Shown: in pieces, positions 8,544-17,622 of the stretch
Numbering within the stretch: position 1 is the stretch's first letter
Layout: each line of letters starts with the position of its first letter
Source of the DNA: Elusimicrobiota bacterium
GTDB lineage: Bacteria > Elusimicrobiota > Elusimicrobia > UBA1565 > UBA9628
Length of the DNA stretch: 31,782 bases
NCBI GenBank assembly: GCA_027319565.1
Contig: DAHVNA010000025.1
Coordinates: 1 to 31,782, forward strand
Direction: 5' to 3'
Program-made: the position numbers and the translations under genes
The notes under the pieces: model-generated
Told to the model about the DNA's origin: nothing
Seen by the model: the letters and a program-made list of their open reading frames with translations, nothing else
The model's database searches: none

Positions 8544-9209
8544 ATGAAACGAGTGATGGGAATTGTCGGGCTTTTGGTGCTGGGGATATGTCTTAAGCCA
8601 GCAATACTTCGCGCAGACGATACAGGAACCTGGCATCCGTTCGGGGCGTTGGATTATTTGGGTATTGGTAATTCGAAACAAACAGCTCAGGAAACACTCA
8701 ACTCCATGTGCTCCGGATTATCTTCTTGTGGATACTCCGCAAATGTGTACGGCGGATACGGCGCGCGCGCTGGCATCTTTTATGGAGACAATTCCGGAAT
8801 TCAATGGGGCGGAAGCATCGGGTATCTTTATGGAGGCCCCGACGTTTCAGCCAAAGGGAATATTTCAATGTCTCCTACCGGAGCTTTTGCCGATACTATC
8901 ACCAACAATACCTTGCGCCTACTGGCCGAGGCGAAAAAATCGTTTAAGATAAACTCGGATTGGAGATTTAATCTCGGAGCTGGTCTTGGCTGGGCCATGG
9001 ATGCCGAAAATGACAATTATTCAAGCTCGGGATCGCTAGCCTCACTGGGCTCAGGAACGGCGACCTCTAATTTCGGCTGGGCGACCTGGGAAATTTCTCC
9101 AGGATTTGAATATCATCATACCCAGATCGGCCTGCGCTATGTCGGATTCGCGCGCGGCGGCTTTAATCCCTGGAATACCTTCGGCGCGTTTCTGGGATAC
9201 GAATTTTAA
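8544..9209 (+). CDS. Outer-membrane beta-barrel protein (small, probably 8-stranded type)
   Basis: Signal peptide (MKRVMGIVGLLVLGICLKPAILRA), amphipathic Gly/aromatic strands (WRFNLGAGLGWA), C-terminal GAFLGYEF Bam signal. AGGGGGA SD precedes ATG 8544. Confidence 0.8.
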   Translation: MKRVMGIVGLLVLGICLKPAILRADDTGTWHPFGALDYLGIGNSKQTAQETLNSMCSGLSSCGYSANVYGGYGARAGIFYGDNSGIQWGGSIGYLYGGPDVSAKGNISMSPTGAFADTITNNTLRLLAEAKKSFKINSDWRFNLGAGLGWAMDAENDNYSSSGSLASLGSGTATSNFGWATWEISPGFEYHHTQIGLRYVGFARGGFNPWNTFGAFLGYEF

Positions 9210-9254
9210 CCCAGAATCTCCAAGGCGCAAGCCGTTTTTGTAAAATAAACCATC

Positions 9255-9326
9255 GTCCCCGTAGCTCAATGGACAGAGCTCCTGCCTTCTAAGCAGGCGA
9301 TACAGGTTCGATTCCTGTCGGGGACA
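9255..9326 (+). tRNA. tRNA-Arg (TCT), CCA not encoded
   Basis: GTCCCCGTAGCTCAATGGACAGAGCTCCTGCCTTCTAAGCAGGCGATACAGGTTCGATTCCTGTCGGGGACA. Anticodon arm CCTGC-CTTCTAA-GCAGG. Confidence 0.96.
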
Positions 9327-9332
9327 AATTCT

Positions 9333-9971
9333 GTGCAAAAAAAATCGGTTTGCGTTCTAGCCAGCGGCGGGCTCGACAGCTCGGCCTTGATTTTTTCCCT
9401 GCTCAGGCGCGGATTTAAGGTCTATCCGCTCTATATCCGCTGCGGGTTCCGCTGGGAAAAAGCGGAACAATATTGGCTGAAGCGTTTCTTGACCGAGATA
9501 AAAAACTCCGGACTTGAGGAACTCTCGATTGCGGAATACCCCGTCAAGAATTTTCTGGGACAAGGGCATTGGAGTTTTTCCGGGCATTCTATTCCCAAAT
9601 CCTCGGATCCGGATTCCAGCGTCTATTTGCCGGGACGCAATATTATTTTGCTGGGGCAAGCGGGGCTTTTTTGCGCGACTCGACAAATTCCCCAAATCGC
9701 CTTGGCCATCCTTAGCGGAAATCCCTTTCCCGACGCGACGCCGCAATTTCTTAAAGCGATGGAAAAAACTCTTCAAAGAGGGCTTGATTTTAAAATTAAA
9801 ATCACGGCTCCCTACGCGAAGTTTTCTAAAAAAGAGGTCCTCTCTCGCGCCCAGGGCGCGCCTTTTCATCTCGCTTTCTCTTGTCTAAGACCTCGGGGAA
9901 TGAGGCCTTGTCAGCGCTGCAATAAATGCGGAGAAAGGCTGCGGGCTCTTCGTCAAATCGGAAGGAATTAA
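9333..9971 (+). CDS. queC: 7-cyano-7-deazaguanine synthase (QueC family)
   Basis: PP-loop SGGLDS, YLPGRN, FPDA, and C-terminal Zn site SC-x8-CQRCNKC.ER. Confidence 0.82.
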   Translation: MQKKSVCVLASGGLDSSALIFSLLRRGFKVYPLYIRCGFRWEKAEQYWLKRFLTEIKNSGLEELSIAEYPVKNFLGQGHWSFSGHSIPKSSDPDSSVYLPGRNIILLGQAGLFCATRQIPQIALAILSGNPFPDATPQFLKAMEKTLQRGLDFKIKITAPYAKFSKKEVLSRAQGAPFHLAFSCLRPRGMRPCQRCNKCGERLRALRQIGRN

Positions 9972-11344
9972 TTCTTTTTAACGGCGGCGGTGATATCGGT
10001 GATGACTTTTTTGGCGTCTCCAAAGACCATCATCGTCTGCGGCAGATAAAAAAGTTCGTTATCCACGCCAGCAAAACCTGGATTCATTGAACGCTTGATA
10101 AAGACGACCGAACGAGACTTGTCGGCGTCTAAAATCGGCATGCCGTAAAGCGGCGAATCAGTCTGCGTGCGGGCGGCAGGGTTAACGACATCGTTGGCGC
10201 CTACGACAATCGTCATATCCGCTTCCGGAAACAAGGGGTTGACCTCATCCATCTCAAGCAGGCTGCTGTAAGGAATCTGAACTTCCGCAAGCAACACGTT
10301 CATATGTCCCGGCATTCTTCCGGCCACCGGATGAATGGCATAGCGAACCTTGCATCCTCGCGATTCCAAAATCGTCGACAATTCCTTAACCGCGTGCTGG
10401 GCTTGAGCCACCGCCATCCCATATCCGGGAACTACCACCACCAGCCGCGCTCCGTCGAGCAGAGACGCCACGTCTTCGGGCAAATAGGATTTGACGGTTC
10501 TCTGGGGTTGATTGGATTTCACGCCATTTCCATTTGTGGAAACCGCGCCAAAGCCGCCGAAAAGAACGTTGACAAAAGATCGGTTCATCGCCTCGGACAT
10601 GATAATGGCCAGAATCAAGCCCGAAGCCCCGTCCAAGGTTCCGGCCACGACCAGAATTTTGCTGTTGAGCACAAAGCCGAGCCCGGCCCCCGAGATTCCG
10701 GCAAAAGAGTTGAGAATCGCGATCACCGTCGGCATGTCCGCGCCGCCAATGGACATGACCAGCAAAAACCCAAACACCAAGGCTAAGGCGATAATGGCAA
10801 AAATGAGGATCTGCCGCTCAGGATGCAAAACTAAATCCGCCGCCAAGGCGGCAGCCACGCCCAAGACCGAAAGGCTGACGATATTGCTTCCTTTGTAAAT
10901 AAACGGTCTTCCCGGAATCAGTTCTTGGAGCTTGGCAAAAGCGATACAGCTTCCCATGAAGGTCAAAAATCCCAAAATAATTTCGGAAGATAAAACCGCC
11001 ATCGTAAACGGATCCACATGGGGAACCCGCTGATAATACTCCGCCACCCCCAACAGAGCCACCGATAAAGACCCGAAGGCATGGGAAATCGCGGTCTGCT
11101 GCGGAACCGCGGTCATCGGAACGTTCATTGCGATTGGAATTCCGATTAAGCTGCCGATAATGGCCGCGGTAAACATCAAAGGGACGTGATCGAAAGGGAA
11201 AGCCAGATAGGTCGCGACAATGGCCGTGATCATTCCTAAAATAGCGGACCAGTTGCCGTAGCGGGAAGTTTTAACTTCGCCCATCCACTTAAGAGACAAA
11301 ATAAAAAGAGCGGCCGAAAAAATATGAAGATAAGAGGAGAACAT
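9968..11344 (-). CDS. pntB: NAD(P) transhydrogenase beta subunit
   Basis: IGGADMP, VPGYGMAVAQAQ, IHPVAGRMPGHMNVLLAE, GANDVVNPAA, KRSM..GFAGVDN.LF. Confidence 0.97.
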   Translation of the reverse strand: MFSSYLHIFSAALFILSLKWMGEVKTSRYGNWSAILGMITAIVATYLAFPFDHVPLMFTAAIIGSLIGIPIAMNVPMTAVPQQTAISHAFGSLSVALLGVAEYYQRVPHVDPFTMAVLSSEIILGFLTFMGSCIAFAKLQELIPGRPFIYKGSNIVSLSVLGVAAALAADLVLHPERQILIFAIIALALVFGFLLVMSIGGADMPTVIAILNSFAGISGAGLGFVLNSKILVVAGTLDGASGLILAIIMSEAMNRSFVNVLFGGFGAVSTNGNGVKSNQPQRTVKSYLPEDVASLLDGARLVVVVPGYGMAVAQAQHAVKELSTILESRGCKVRYAIHPVAGRMPGHMNVLLAEVQIPYSSLLEMDEVNPLFPEADMTIVVGANDVVNPAARTQTDSPLYGMPILDADKSRSVVFIKRSMNPGFAGVDNELFYLPQTMMVFGDAKKVITDITAAVKKN

Positions 11345-11347
11345 GGT

Positions 11348-11653
11348 TTAGTTCTTTTTTTCCTTTCTAAACATCTTTAAAATTCGCTCCGTGATCATGA
11401 ACCCGCTGACGATGTTGACAAAAGCCAGCGCGGTCGCGACCGCGGTCAATAAGACGATAGAGTCGGTTTTTCGCGGTTCGGACATGACAATCAAGGCGGC
11501 GACCACCGAAACGGAAGAAATAGCGTTGGTCAAAGACATCAAAGGCGTGTGCAAAAGCCGGGACACATTACGCACCAACTCCAGGCCCAAAAAAGCGGAG
11601 AGGACAAAGACCAATAAGTCTACGGCGATATGGTTGGCTGGAAGCGCGTTCAT
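11348..11653 (-). CDS. pntAb: NAD(P) transhydrogenase alpha subunit, membrane part
   Basis: LHTPLMSLTNAIS, NIVSGF.IT.R.L.MF. Confidence 0.95.
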   Translation of the reverse strand: MNALPANHIAVDLLVFVLSAFLGLELVRNVSRLLHTPLMSLTNAISSVSVVAALIVMSEPRKTDSIVLLTAVATALAFVNIVSGFMITERILKMFRKEKKN

Positions 11654-12798
11654 GCAGTTTTTCCTCCTGCGGCGGCCGCAACGGGAGCGGGTTTTTTCGG
11701 AAACAAAACTTCTCCCTGATAAGCGGCCAAAGAACCAGAAATGAGATCATCATTTAAATCGATATGAACCTTTCCGTCTTTAAGCATGAGCGCTAAAAAC
11801 GCGCTGATATTGCGAGAATACATCAAGCTCGATTGAGACGAAATTAAAGAGGGCAAATTGAGAAGTCCATGGATGGTCACGCCATATTTCACAACCGTCT
11901 TGCCGGGTTCAGTCAAGGCGCAATTTCCGCCCTGTTCGGCCGCCAAATCGACGATCACCGAAGAAGGCTTCATCGCCTTGACTCCTTCCTCGGATAGAAG
12001 AACCGGGGCGCGTTTTCCCGGAACCAATGCCGTCGTGATGACGACATCGGCATTTTGCGCGGTCTTAGCCAGAAATTCCTGCTGTTTGCGGTAGAACTCT
12101 TCCGATTGAGCTTTCGCGTAACCGCCGGAAGTTTGCGCGTCTTGAACCTCTAATGGAAGACTCACGAATTTCGCGCCCAAACTCTCGATTTGTTCTTTGA
12201 CGACCGGCCTCAAATCATAAGCTTCAACCGAAGCCCCCATCCGATGCGCGGTCGCGATCGCCTGAAGGCCCGCCACTCCGGCCCCGATGACAAAAACCTT
12301 GGCCGCCGGAATCGTTCCGGCCGCGGTAATGAGCATCGGAAAAATTTTAGGAAGAGAATCTGTGGCCAAAACCACCGCTTTATATCCAGCCACGGTCGCC
12401 TGGGAAGAAAGCGCATCCATAAACTGCGCCCGACTGGTGCGGGGAATGAGATCCATTCCGAATACGCTCGCCTTGCGGGAAGAAAGAGAGTTCAAAAGTT
12501 CCAGATGAGAATGCGGATAAAGAAAGGAAATTAAAACCGCGCCCTCTTTGATCCAGGAAGACTCCGAAATTTCAGGCGGCATCACCTTTAAAATGATGTC
12601 GGACTCCTGATAGAGACTTCGGACATCGGAGACAATCACCGCTCCCTTGGCGCGATAAGCCTCATCGGTAAACCCGGCGGCGGCCCCGGCGCCGGACTGA
12701 ACACGAACCTCAAGACCCTTGAGTTTTGAGATTGAGTCCGGAACCAGCGCGACTCGCTTTTCGTTTTCTATCGTTTCTTTTGGGACACCCAGGATCAT
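11650..12798 (-). CDS. pntAa: NAD(P) transhydrogenase alpha subunit, NAD(H)-binding part
   Basis: GVPKE...E.RVAL.P, RAQ.MDALSSQ, GAGVAGLQAIATA, GGYAK, VDLAAEQGGNC. Confidence 0.96.
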   Translation of the reverse strand: MILGVPKETIENEKRVALVPDSISKLKGLEVRVQSGAGAAAGFTDEAYRAKGAVIVSDVRSLYQESDIILKVMPPEISESSWIKEGAVLISFLYPHSHLELLNSLSSRKASVFGMDLIPRTSRAQFMDALSSQATVAGYKAVVLATDSLPKIFPMLITAAGTIPAAKVFVIGAGVAGLQAIATAHRMGASVEAYDLRPVVKEQIESLGAKFVSLPLEVQDAQTSGGYAKAQSEEFYRKQQEFLAKTAQNADVVITTALVPGKRAPVLLSEEGVKAMKPSSVIVDLAAEQGGNCALTEPGKTVVKYGVTIHGLLNLPSLISSQSSLMYSRNISAFLALMLKDGKVHIDLNDDLISGSLAAYQGEVLFPKKPAPVAAAAGGKTA

Positions 12799-12853
12799 CG
12801 TAAACTTCCTTTCCTCATGCTATAAAATCCAAACGCCCTATTGTCAAATCTTG

Positions 12854-12884
12854 AGACGGGGCGGAAATTTCTCCCGCCCCGTCT
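12854..12884. terminator. GC-rich hairpin, likely intrinsic terminator downstream of the lipoprotein gene
   Basis: AGACGGGGCGG (12854-12864) / CCGCCCCGTCT (12874-12884), an 11-bp perfect stem. The T-rich tract is on the + side, so directionality is uncertain. Confidence 0.6.
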
Positions 12885-12890
12885 TTGTTT

Positions 12891-13223
12891 TTAATATCGA
12901 TCGGGCCCGTGCTCGTCGGAGCTGCCGTGGCTGTAATTGTAGGATTTGACGGTTCCGTTTTTGGCAAAGCGAACAAACAGATAATCGGAAGTCCAACCGC
13001 TGAGAACGCTGGCATGATAATCGACATAGGTCCAGGTCTCATCCCCATCTTCGGTTCCGACGCTGACCGGCTGTTTATAAATCTTAAGAATGTCCATCTT
13101 GGTTGTTTTCCCGATGACAATTTGAGGGGTTTGGTGATGTTGGATAAAAGCCTGCCCGATCGAAATACATCCCGCCGCCCCCAGGGCTAAAAACAACGAT
13201 GACAACAAGAACATTTTCTTCAT
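12891..13223 (-). CDS. Small lipoprotein, SmpA/OmlA (BamE-like) fold
   Basis: Lipobox LGAAG-C; I.IGKTTK.DI...Y..P, W.Y, L.V.F..NG.V..Y pattern; AAGGAG SD. Confidence 0.75.
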   Translation of the reverse strand: MKKMFLLSSLFLALGAAGCISIGQAFIQHHQTPQIVIGKTTKMDILKIYKQPVSVGTEDGDETWTYVDYHASVLSGWTSDYLFVRFAKNGTVKSYNYSHGSSDEHGPDRY

Positions 13224-13235
13224 TTAAGTCTCCTT

Positions 13236-14609
13236 TTACGCTTTATTTTCTATTTCCGAAAGACAGACGTCCAAGATTTCAAGCCCTTTGTCTACATCAT
13301 ACGAATTAAGGACCAGCGGCGGCGCGATGCGAATTGTCGAATCTCCGCAACCAAGGAGCAAAAGCCCTCTTTTAAAAGCTTCCTGCTCTAAACGCCCCAT
13401 TTCATGGCGCGCGGGCTCTTTGGTTTTTTTATTTTTGACCAGTTCAAGCCCGATCATGAGTCCAATGCCGCGAACGTCTCCAATCAAGGGATGCCGTTCT
13501 TTAAGTTTCAAGAGTCCGTTAAGAATTCTTTCGCCCATCGCCGAGGCATTTTCCATATAGCGCTCTTCAATGAGTTCCAAGGTCTTTAAAGCGGAAGCGC
13601 AAGAGACGGGATTGCCTCCAAAAGTAGTCCCGTGAGATCCCCGAGGCCAGGTCATCACGCTTTCCTTGGCGATAATCGCGGCAATCGGAAGCCCGGACCC
13701 CAAGCCCTTGGCGCTTAAAAGCACGTCCGGCTCAACTCCAAAATGTTGGGAGGCCCACCACTTTCCGGTTCGCCCGACCCCGGATTGAATCTCGTCAAAA
13801 ATCAGGAGAATTCCGTTTTCATCGCAAATTTTCCGCCACGCCTTTAAAAATTCCGGACGCGGGAAAACATATCCGCCCTCTCCTTGCACCGGCTCCATAA
13901 TCACCGCCGCAATTTCCTTGGGAGAAACCCGGGTGTGAAACAAGCGTTCCGCCGCTTCCAAGGCCGCGTTTTCTTCCATCCGATAGGGATTGTCAAAAGG
14001 AAGATGATAGACTCCGGGAAGAAGCGGGCCAAAATCCGCCCGATATTTGACCTTGCTCGCCGTTAGACTGATCGCCGCATAGCTGCGTCCGTGAAAAGCG
14101 CCCTCAAAAGCGATGATGTTCGAGCGTTTTGTGTGGCTTCTCGCGAGCTTAACCGCGCCCTCGACCGCTTCGGTTCCAGAGTTCGCCAGAAAGACCCGGC
14201 ACTTTTCTTTCATCGGCGCGATAGCCCCCAATTTCTCAAGAAGCCGGGCCATCGCCTCATAATAAAAATCAGTGCCGCATATATGCAGAAATTTTCCCGC
14301 CGCCTCCTGAACCGCGCGAACGATTTCCGGGTGATTATATCCAGTGGATGAAACCGCGATGCCGGACATAAAATCGATATAGCGATTTCCATCAACATCT
14401 TCCGCCATCGCCCCTTGTCCGCCCGACATGACAAAGGGGTATTCCTTAATATAAGAAGGAGAAGCCCATTTTTGATCCAACTCAATAATTTTCCGCGCCT
14501 TAGGCCCTGGCGGCGAAACCATAATCCGCGGATAATGGAGACTGTCCCCTTTGCGTCTCTCTTCGGTCGAAACTAAAACATCCTTGTCATTTCTATTTAA
14601 TTTTTTCAT
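13236..14609 (-). CDS. Class III PLP aminotransferase (4-aminobutyrate/ornithine aminotransferase-like)
   Basis: [55 protein letters not shown]. Confidence 0.92.
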   Translation of the reverse strand: MKKLNRNDKDVLVSTEERRKGDSLHYPRIMVSPPGPKARKIIELDQKWASPSYIKEYPFVMSGGQGAMAEDVDGNRYIDFMSGIAVSSTGYNHPEIVRAVQEAAGKFLHICGTDFYYEAMARLLEKLGAIAPMKEKCRVFLANSGTEAVEGAVKLARSHTKRSNIIAFEGAFHGRSYAAISLTASKVKYRADFGPLLPGVYHLPFDNPYRMEENAALEAAERLFHTRVSPKEIAAVIMEPVQGEGGYVFPRPEFLKAWRKICDENGILLIFDEIQSGVGRTGKWWASQHFGVEPDVLLSAKGLGSGLPIAAIIAKESVMTWPRGSHGTTFGGNPVSCASALKTLELIEERYMENASAMGERILNGLLKLKERHPLIGDVRGIGLMIGLELVKNKKTKEPARHEMGRLEQEAFKRGLLLLGCGDSTIRIAPPLVLNSYDVDKGLEILDVCLSEIENKA

Positions 14610-14629
14610 GATTCAAACTGTAAAAACTA

Positions 14630-14646
14630 AAAGGGACTGTCCCTTT
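14630..14646. repeat. 17-bp palindrome AAAGGGAC-T-GTCCCTTT; partial second copy at 14540..14552
   Basis: Perfect 8-bp inverted repeat around one base, directly after the ALDH stop. GACTGTCCCCTTT recurs inside the 5' end of the next gene. Confidence 0.55.
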
Positions 14647-16227
14647 CTACTCCGCGACGGTGCGACTTTGTTCATGCATGAATTGGGCGACATAATAAGG
14701 CCCGCAGCCGCCTTTTCCCGTTGTTCCCGAGCCTTTCCAGCCGCCAAAGGATTGAACCCCGGGCCACGCCCCCGTGGTCGCCCCGCCTTTGCGATTAGCG
14801 TAACAAACTCCGGCTTCGACATGATCGAAAAAGTATTCAATCTCCTCTTTTTTCGAGCTAAAAATACCCGCAGTCAGCCCATATTCGACTTTATTGGACT
14901 CTCGAAGCGCCTGTTCCAGGTTCTCAACCTCGGCAATCGCGGTAAAAGGCAGGAAAAGTTCGCGCAAAAAGAGCTCATGATTTAAGGGCAGGCGGGCAAT
15001 GGTCGGAGAGACAAAATGGCCCTTGGCGAATATCCCGCCTTTGACAATGCTTCCGCCGACGAGAATCTCTCCGCCGTTTTGAGTCGCTCGAACCGCTTCT
15101 TCATAACGCTTAACGGCTCGGGCGTTGATGACCGGGCCCAGAAAAACATCCATCTGGGTCGGGTCTCCCATGACAATTTTTTTTGTCTTCTCGATTAATT
15201 TCTGCGTAAATTCTTTGGCAACGCTTTTTTCGACATAGACACGGGAACAGGCCGAACATTTCTGGCCCTGAAGCCCAAAAGCGGATCTCATGATGCCTTC
15301 AGAAGCGGCATCAAGATCGGCGGAAGCGCAAACAATGGCGGCGTTTTTGCCGCCCAATTCCGCCAAAGCCGGTTTCCAGAACTTTCCGGAAAATTCCTTA
15401 ATCATCCGCATTCCAACTTCTTTGGAACCGGTAAAGGCAAGGCCATCGACGCGATCGTCTTTCCACAAAGGATCGCCGATCAGCGCATCATCCCCGGTGA
15501 TAAAGTTAAAAACTCCGGCCGGAAGCCCCGCCTGCTGATAAATTTCGTTGAGAAGATAGCCGGTCCACGGAGTCTCGGGCGAAGGCTTAAAAACAATCAC
15601 ATTTCCCGCGATCAAGGCGGCTGAAGACATTCCGGTTGCCAAGGCCATCGGAAAATTAAAAGGCGAGATGCAAGTAAAAACGCCGTAGGGCCTTAGAACG
15701 GAAGAGGTCGTTTCTTTGTAGGAGGGGCCCATCGGTTTTAAGTAACCATTATTTTCTTCCATGATTTTGGAATAATAATCGATGAGATCAGCCGACTCTT
15801 CGACTTCTCCCATGGATTCCATGCGGCTTTTGCCGACTTCCAAAGACATCGCCGCCCCCAACTCCCACTTTCTCTCCCGAATGAGCGAAGAGGCTTTGCG
15901 CATCAATTTTACTCTCTCAACCCAACCGAGGCGTTCCCAGGATTTCTTCGCTTTTTGCGCCGCGTCCAAAGCCTGGGAAACATGCGAGACTTCCGCCATG
16001 GCGAAATGGCCAATGACCCAATCGGAGCTGATGGGAGAATGAATGGCCTTGGGCTTTGAAGCTGGAAGAACTTCCTTGCCGCCGATAAACAAAGGGTAGG
16101 TTTTCCCCATTTGAGCCCGCGCCCACTGAAGGCCTTCGTCAAAATACTGGTGAAAAAGATTCATATCCGGAGCGGCAGACGAGGTGTAAGTGATTTTAAA
16201 GTCTTTTTTGGCTTGGGCCGTGGTCAT
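14647..16227 (-). CDS. Aldehyde dehydrogenase, P5C/glutamate-semialdehyde dehydrogenase (PruA/RocA)-like
   Basis: ISPFNFP, FTGS..VG, ELGGKN, GQKCSACSR, ELF.P, YGLTAG, FGGWKGSG. Confidence 0.9.
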   Translation of the reverse strand: MTTAQAKKDFKITYTSSAAPDMNLFHQYFDEGLQWARAQMGKTYPLFIGGKEVLPASKPKAIHSPISSDWVIGHFAMAEVSHVSQALDAAQKAKKSWERLGWVERVKLMRKASSLIRERKWELGAAMSLEVGKSRMESMGEVEESADLIDYYSKIMEENNGYLKPMGPSYKETTSSVLRPYGVFTCISPFNFPMALATGMSSAALIAGNVIVFKPSPETPWTGYLLNEIYQQAGLPAGVFNFITGDDALIGDPLWKDDRVDGLAFTGSKEVGMRMIKEFSGKFWKPALAELGGKNAAIVCASADLDAASEGIMRSAFGLQGQKCSACSRVYVEKSVAKEFTQKLIEKTKKIVMGDPTQMDVFLGPVINARAVKRYEEAVRATQNGGEILVGGSIVKGGIFAKGHFVSPTIARLPLNHELFLRELFLPFTAIAEVENLEQALRESNKVEYGLTAGIFSSKKEEIEYFFDHVEAGVCYANRKGGATTGAWPGVQSFGGWKGSGTTGKGGCGPYYVAQFMHEQSRTVAE

Positions 16228-17597
16228 TTTATTTCTCCTGTCACCGTAATTTTAGAAGCCGTCTTTTCAAGGGCTTCTTTAAAGAAGCTGACAATCAAAT
16301 CGATTTCAAACTCGGCGATAGTAAACGGCGGCGCGATCATCACGAGATCTCCATTTTCGCCATCCGCATGCCCGATATTCGGCCAAACAATCAAACCCAG
16401 GTCCTGAGCGATCTGAGTAAATGTTTCGGCAAATTTAAGCCGGCGCGGAAAGGGCTCTTTCGTTTTGGTATCCGCGACAAACTCAATTGCCGCCAACATC
16501 CCAATTCCGCGAACCTCTCCGACAAAAGGGAGATCCTTAAGCGCCCCCAATTTTTCCTGAAGGACCAGTCCCATTTTGTTTGAGCGCTCAATCAAGCGGT
16601 GTTTCCGAATATAGCGCACCGCTGCGAGCCCCGCCGAGCAGATAGACGGCGCGTGGGAAAAAGTTTGGGCATGGAGAAAAGAGCCGTATCCCTTCGCTAT
16701 CGGATCGATGATTTTTTCTCCCGCGACAAGAGCCGAAAGCGGCAAGTATCCGCCGGAAATTCCCTTCCCCAAGGTCATCAGATCCGGCCAAACCCCGTAA
16801 TGCTCCATCGCCAGCCATTTTCCCGTCCGTCCCGCTCCGGTCAAGACCTCATCGGCAATCAACAAAACCTCATATCGGTCGCAAATTTCCCGAATATTGC
16901 GAAAATAATCCGCCCGAGGGACCGAAGCGCCGGTCGATGATCCGCCCACGGGTTCCATGATAAAGGCCGCCACCGTTTCAGCCCCTTCTTTTAAAATCAG
17001 CTCTTCAAGAACACGGCCCGAACAAACGGGGCAAGAAGGGGCGCCTTGGCAATCGCAGCGATAAGAATAAGGGGCTGGAATCATCGCGCAATCAAGCAAC
17101 CACGGCTGATAAATTTTCTTATAATGCCCGCGAGCGGAAGCCGAAAGGGCTAAAAGGGTATTTCCATGATATCCCGGGTTTTGGGATATAATTTTCCGCT
17201 TTTGTGGACGTTTCTTTTCCACCCAATAGTGCCGCGCCATTTTAAGAGCGGCTTCGACCGCTTCAGAGCCGCTGGACAAAAAATAAAATTTATTGAGTTC
17301 CCGCGGAGACATCTCGGATAAAACCCCGGCCAATTCTTCCGCGGCATCGGTGGTGAAAGCCGTTCCGTTCACATAGGCGACTTTACGCAGCTGTTCTGAG
17401 ACCGCGTTGGCGATTTCCGGAACGCCGTGGCCGATATTGGCGACAAAAGCGCCTGAACAGGAGTCCAGGTATCTTTTTCCCTGATCGTCAAAAAGCCAAA
17501 CGCCTTCCCCATGCGAAATTTTTGGATAGACGCGGTTTAAGGCCCGATAGAAGACCGGGCTTTCCGGATAGCGCAATTTCTTTTCCGCGCGGCTCAT
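16224..17597 (-). CDS. Class III PLP aminotransferase (omega-amino acid / BioA-like clade)
   Basis: SSGSEAVE, YHGNT, EPVGG, DEVLTGAGRTG, GKGISGGY.P; stop overlaps the ALDH start (ATGA). Confidence 0.92.
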   Translation of the reverse strand: MSRAEKKLRYPESPVFYRALNRVYPKISHGEGVWLFDDQGKRYLDSCSGAFVANIGHGVPEIANAVSEQLRKVAYVNGTAFTTDAAEELAGVLSEMSPRELNKFYFLSSGSEAVEAALKMARHYWVEKKRPQKRKIISQNPGYHGNTLLALSASARGHYKKIYQPWLLDCAMIPAPYSYRCDCQGAPSCPVCSGRVLEELILKEGAETVAAFIMEPVGGSSTGASVPRADYFRNIREICDRYEVLLIADEVLTGAGRTGKWLAMEHYGVWPDLMTLGKGISGGYLPLSALVAGEKIIDPIAKGYGSFLHAQTFSHAPSICSAGLAAVRYIRKHRLIERSNKMGLVLQEKLGALKDLPFVGEVRGIGMLAAIEFVADTKTKEPFPRRLKFAETFTQIAQDLGLIVWPNIGHADGENGDLVMIAPPFTIAEFEIDLIVSFFKEALEKTASKITVTGEIK

Positions 17598-17622
17598 TCT
17601 TTTATTGTAGAAAATTAAAAAC

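Noticed and set aside
4870..9326. tRNA-bounded genomic island between tRNA-Ala and tRNA-Arg
   Set aside because: The segment abuts the 5' ends of both tRNAs; I saw no integrase, no duplicated tRNA 3' end and no obvious compositional shift.
9333..9971. QatABCD or Dpd defence system around the QueC-like gene
   Set aside because: No P-loop ATPase, TatD or dpdA/tgt-like neighbours.
9968..12798. Split pntA as a frameshift or pseudogene
   Set aside because: The three-gene pntAa/pntAb/pntB arrangement is an established native organisation (e.g. Rhodospirillum rubrum), and pntAb has its own SD.
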